This document shows positions 63,681 to 64,000 of a DNA stretch of 64,000 bases, piece after piece. This stretch comes from a virus: IMG/VR virus record IMGVR_UViG_3300045988_141150. One strand, 5' to 3'. The number at the start of each line of letters is the position of its first letter. Position 1 is the stretch's first letter. The notes under the pieces were generated by a model that was given only the letters and a program-made list of their open reading frames with translations, made no database searches and was not told where the DNA came from. The translations under genes and the position numbers were made by a program.

Positions 63681-64000
63681 ATGCCTAAAATGAGTGAAAA
63701 AGACTTTCAGGCAAAGATTGATAATCTGATGAAAAAGTTGGATTGTACTGCCGAGGAAGCAAAAGAAATTCTCATGGACGATGATGACATTGACCATGGA
63801 ATTGCCAAAGATTTTGACCTGTCCGCGGAAAAGCTCAAAGAAGCTAACAAGTACTCTAAGACTGGAACGCGCAAAGCGCCGACCGCTTATAAGTTTGAGA
63901 AGCGACAGCGCAAGGAAAATCCCACAAAACGCTCGATTATCGCTGAACTTGCAACTTTTTTGCGTGAAAACAGCGAAAATGCGTGTGAAAACGTGGAAAT
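63681..64000 (+). CDS. hypothetical acidic protein, 5' part only (runs off the right end of the window)
   Basis: ATG 63681 with AAGGGGG RBS; open to the window end; absent from the ORF track because no stop is reached. Confidence 0.5.
   Translation, partial: MPKMSEKDFQAKIDNLMKKLDCTAEEAKEILMDDDDIDHGIAKDFDLSAEKLKEANKYSKTGTRKAPTAYKFEKRQRKENPTKRSIIAELATFLRENSENACENVE

Noticed and set aside
49671-63797. Minus-strand ORFs in the early region (49671..49937, 49820..50038, 50487..50669, 51201..51494, 51647..51841, 52467..52784, 52992..53174, 53171..53587, 55340..55681, 55566..55964, 56218..56742, 56851..57210, 58081..58350, 58782..58973, 58989..59564, 59561..59761, 59640..60080, 60750..61292, 61208..61432, 61454..62026, 62280..62546, 62482..62691, 62672..62986, 62730..62963, 63176..63577, 63582..63797), plus overlapping plus-strand frames such as 50114..50299, 53313..53750, 59203..59484, 60772..61035, 61602..61817, 61836..62129 and 63195..63440
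   Set aside because: All are antisense to, or out of frame with, plus-strand genes that have a promoter, RBS and terminator. None has expression signals of its own; the only minus-strand promoters here point into non-coding hairpins.
1-64000. Integrase, transposase, rRNA or canonical tRNA genes
   Set aside because: I found no tyrosine- or serine-recombinase motifs, no terminal inverted repeats with a transposase, no rRNA-like conserved stretches and no canonical cloverleaf by eye. The window looks like a lytic-type genome segment.

Overview
The window reads as the junction of two modules of one tailed-phage genome. No rRNA genes, CRISPR array, integrase or transposase were seen.

**Late module (1 to about 48.5 kb, minus strand, roughly 28-30% GC by eye).** This is a classic siphovirus late operon: terminase large subunit, portal, scaffold, capsid, neck, major tail protein, chaperones, an approximately 2,750-aa tape measure protein, tail tip, baseplate and fibres. 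Most of these genes are broken into short ORFs in the standard code. Every internal break I checked is TAG, and the true gene ends are TAA, with one TGA seen. So TAG appears to be reassigned to a sense codon here; Gln is my guess.

**Early module (48.7 to 64 kb, plus strand, roughly 45-50% GC from about 50 kb).** It uses the standard code. It is an array of about 35 small genes and micro-ORFs. Almost every gene has its own near-perfect TTGACA-17-(TG)-TATAAT promoter and a rho-independent terminator.

**The most unusual structure.** The early intergenic regions carry a repeated cassette of about 220-250 bp. Each copy holds a terminator, a promoter whose start site lies inside a GC-rich hairpin, and a second promoter. 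In four copies a perfect consensus promoter on the opposite strand faces back into the hairpin.

**Other notable features of the early module.**
- Terminator-like hairpins that carry the -35 box in their loop.
- An 18-bp palindrome at a conserved position upstream of two promoters.
- Leaderless MS(R/G)G micro-ORFs.
- Two TAG-terminated upstream ORFs.
- A tRNA-like 112-nt RNA.
- Iteron-like repeats at the compositional switch point.

Coordinates derived by hand from the minus strand are approximate (about +/-3 nt, gene ends sometimes more). Two ORF-track coordinates disagreed with my line counts by 1 nt.
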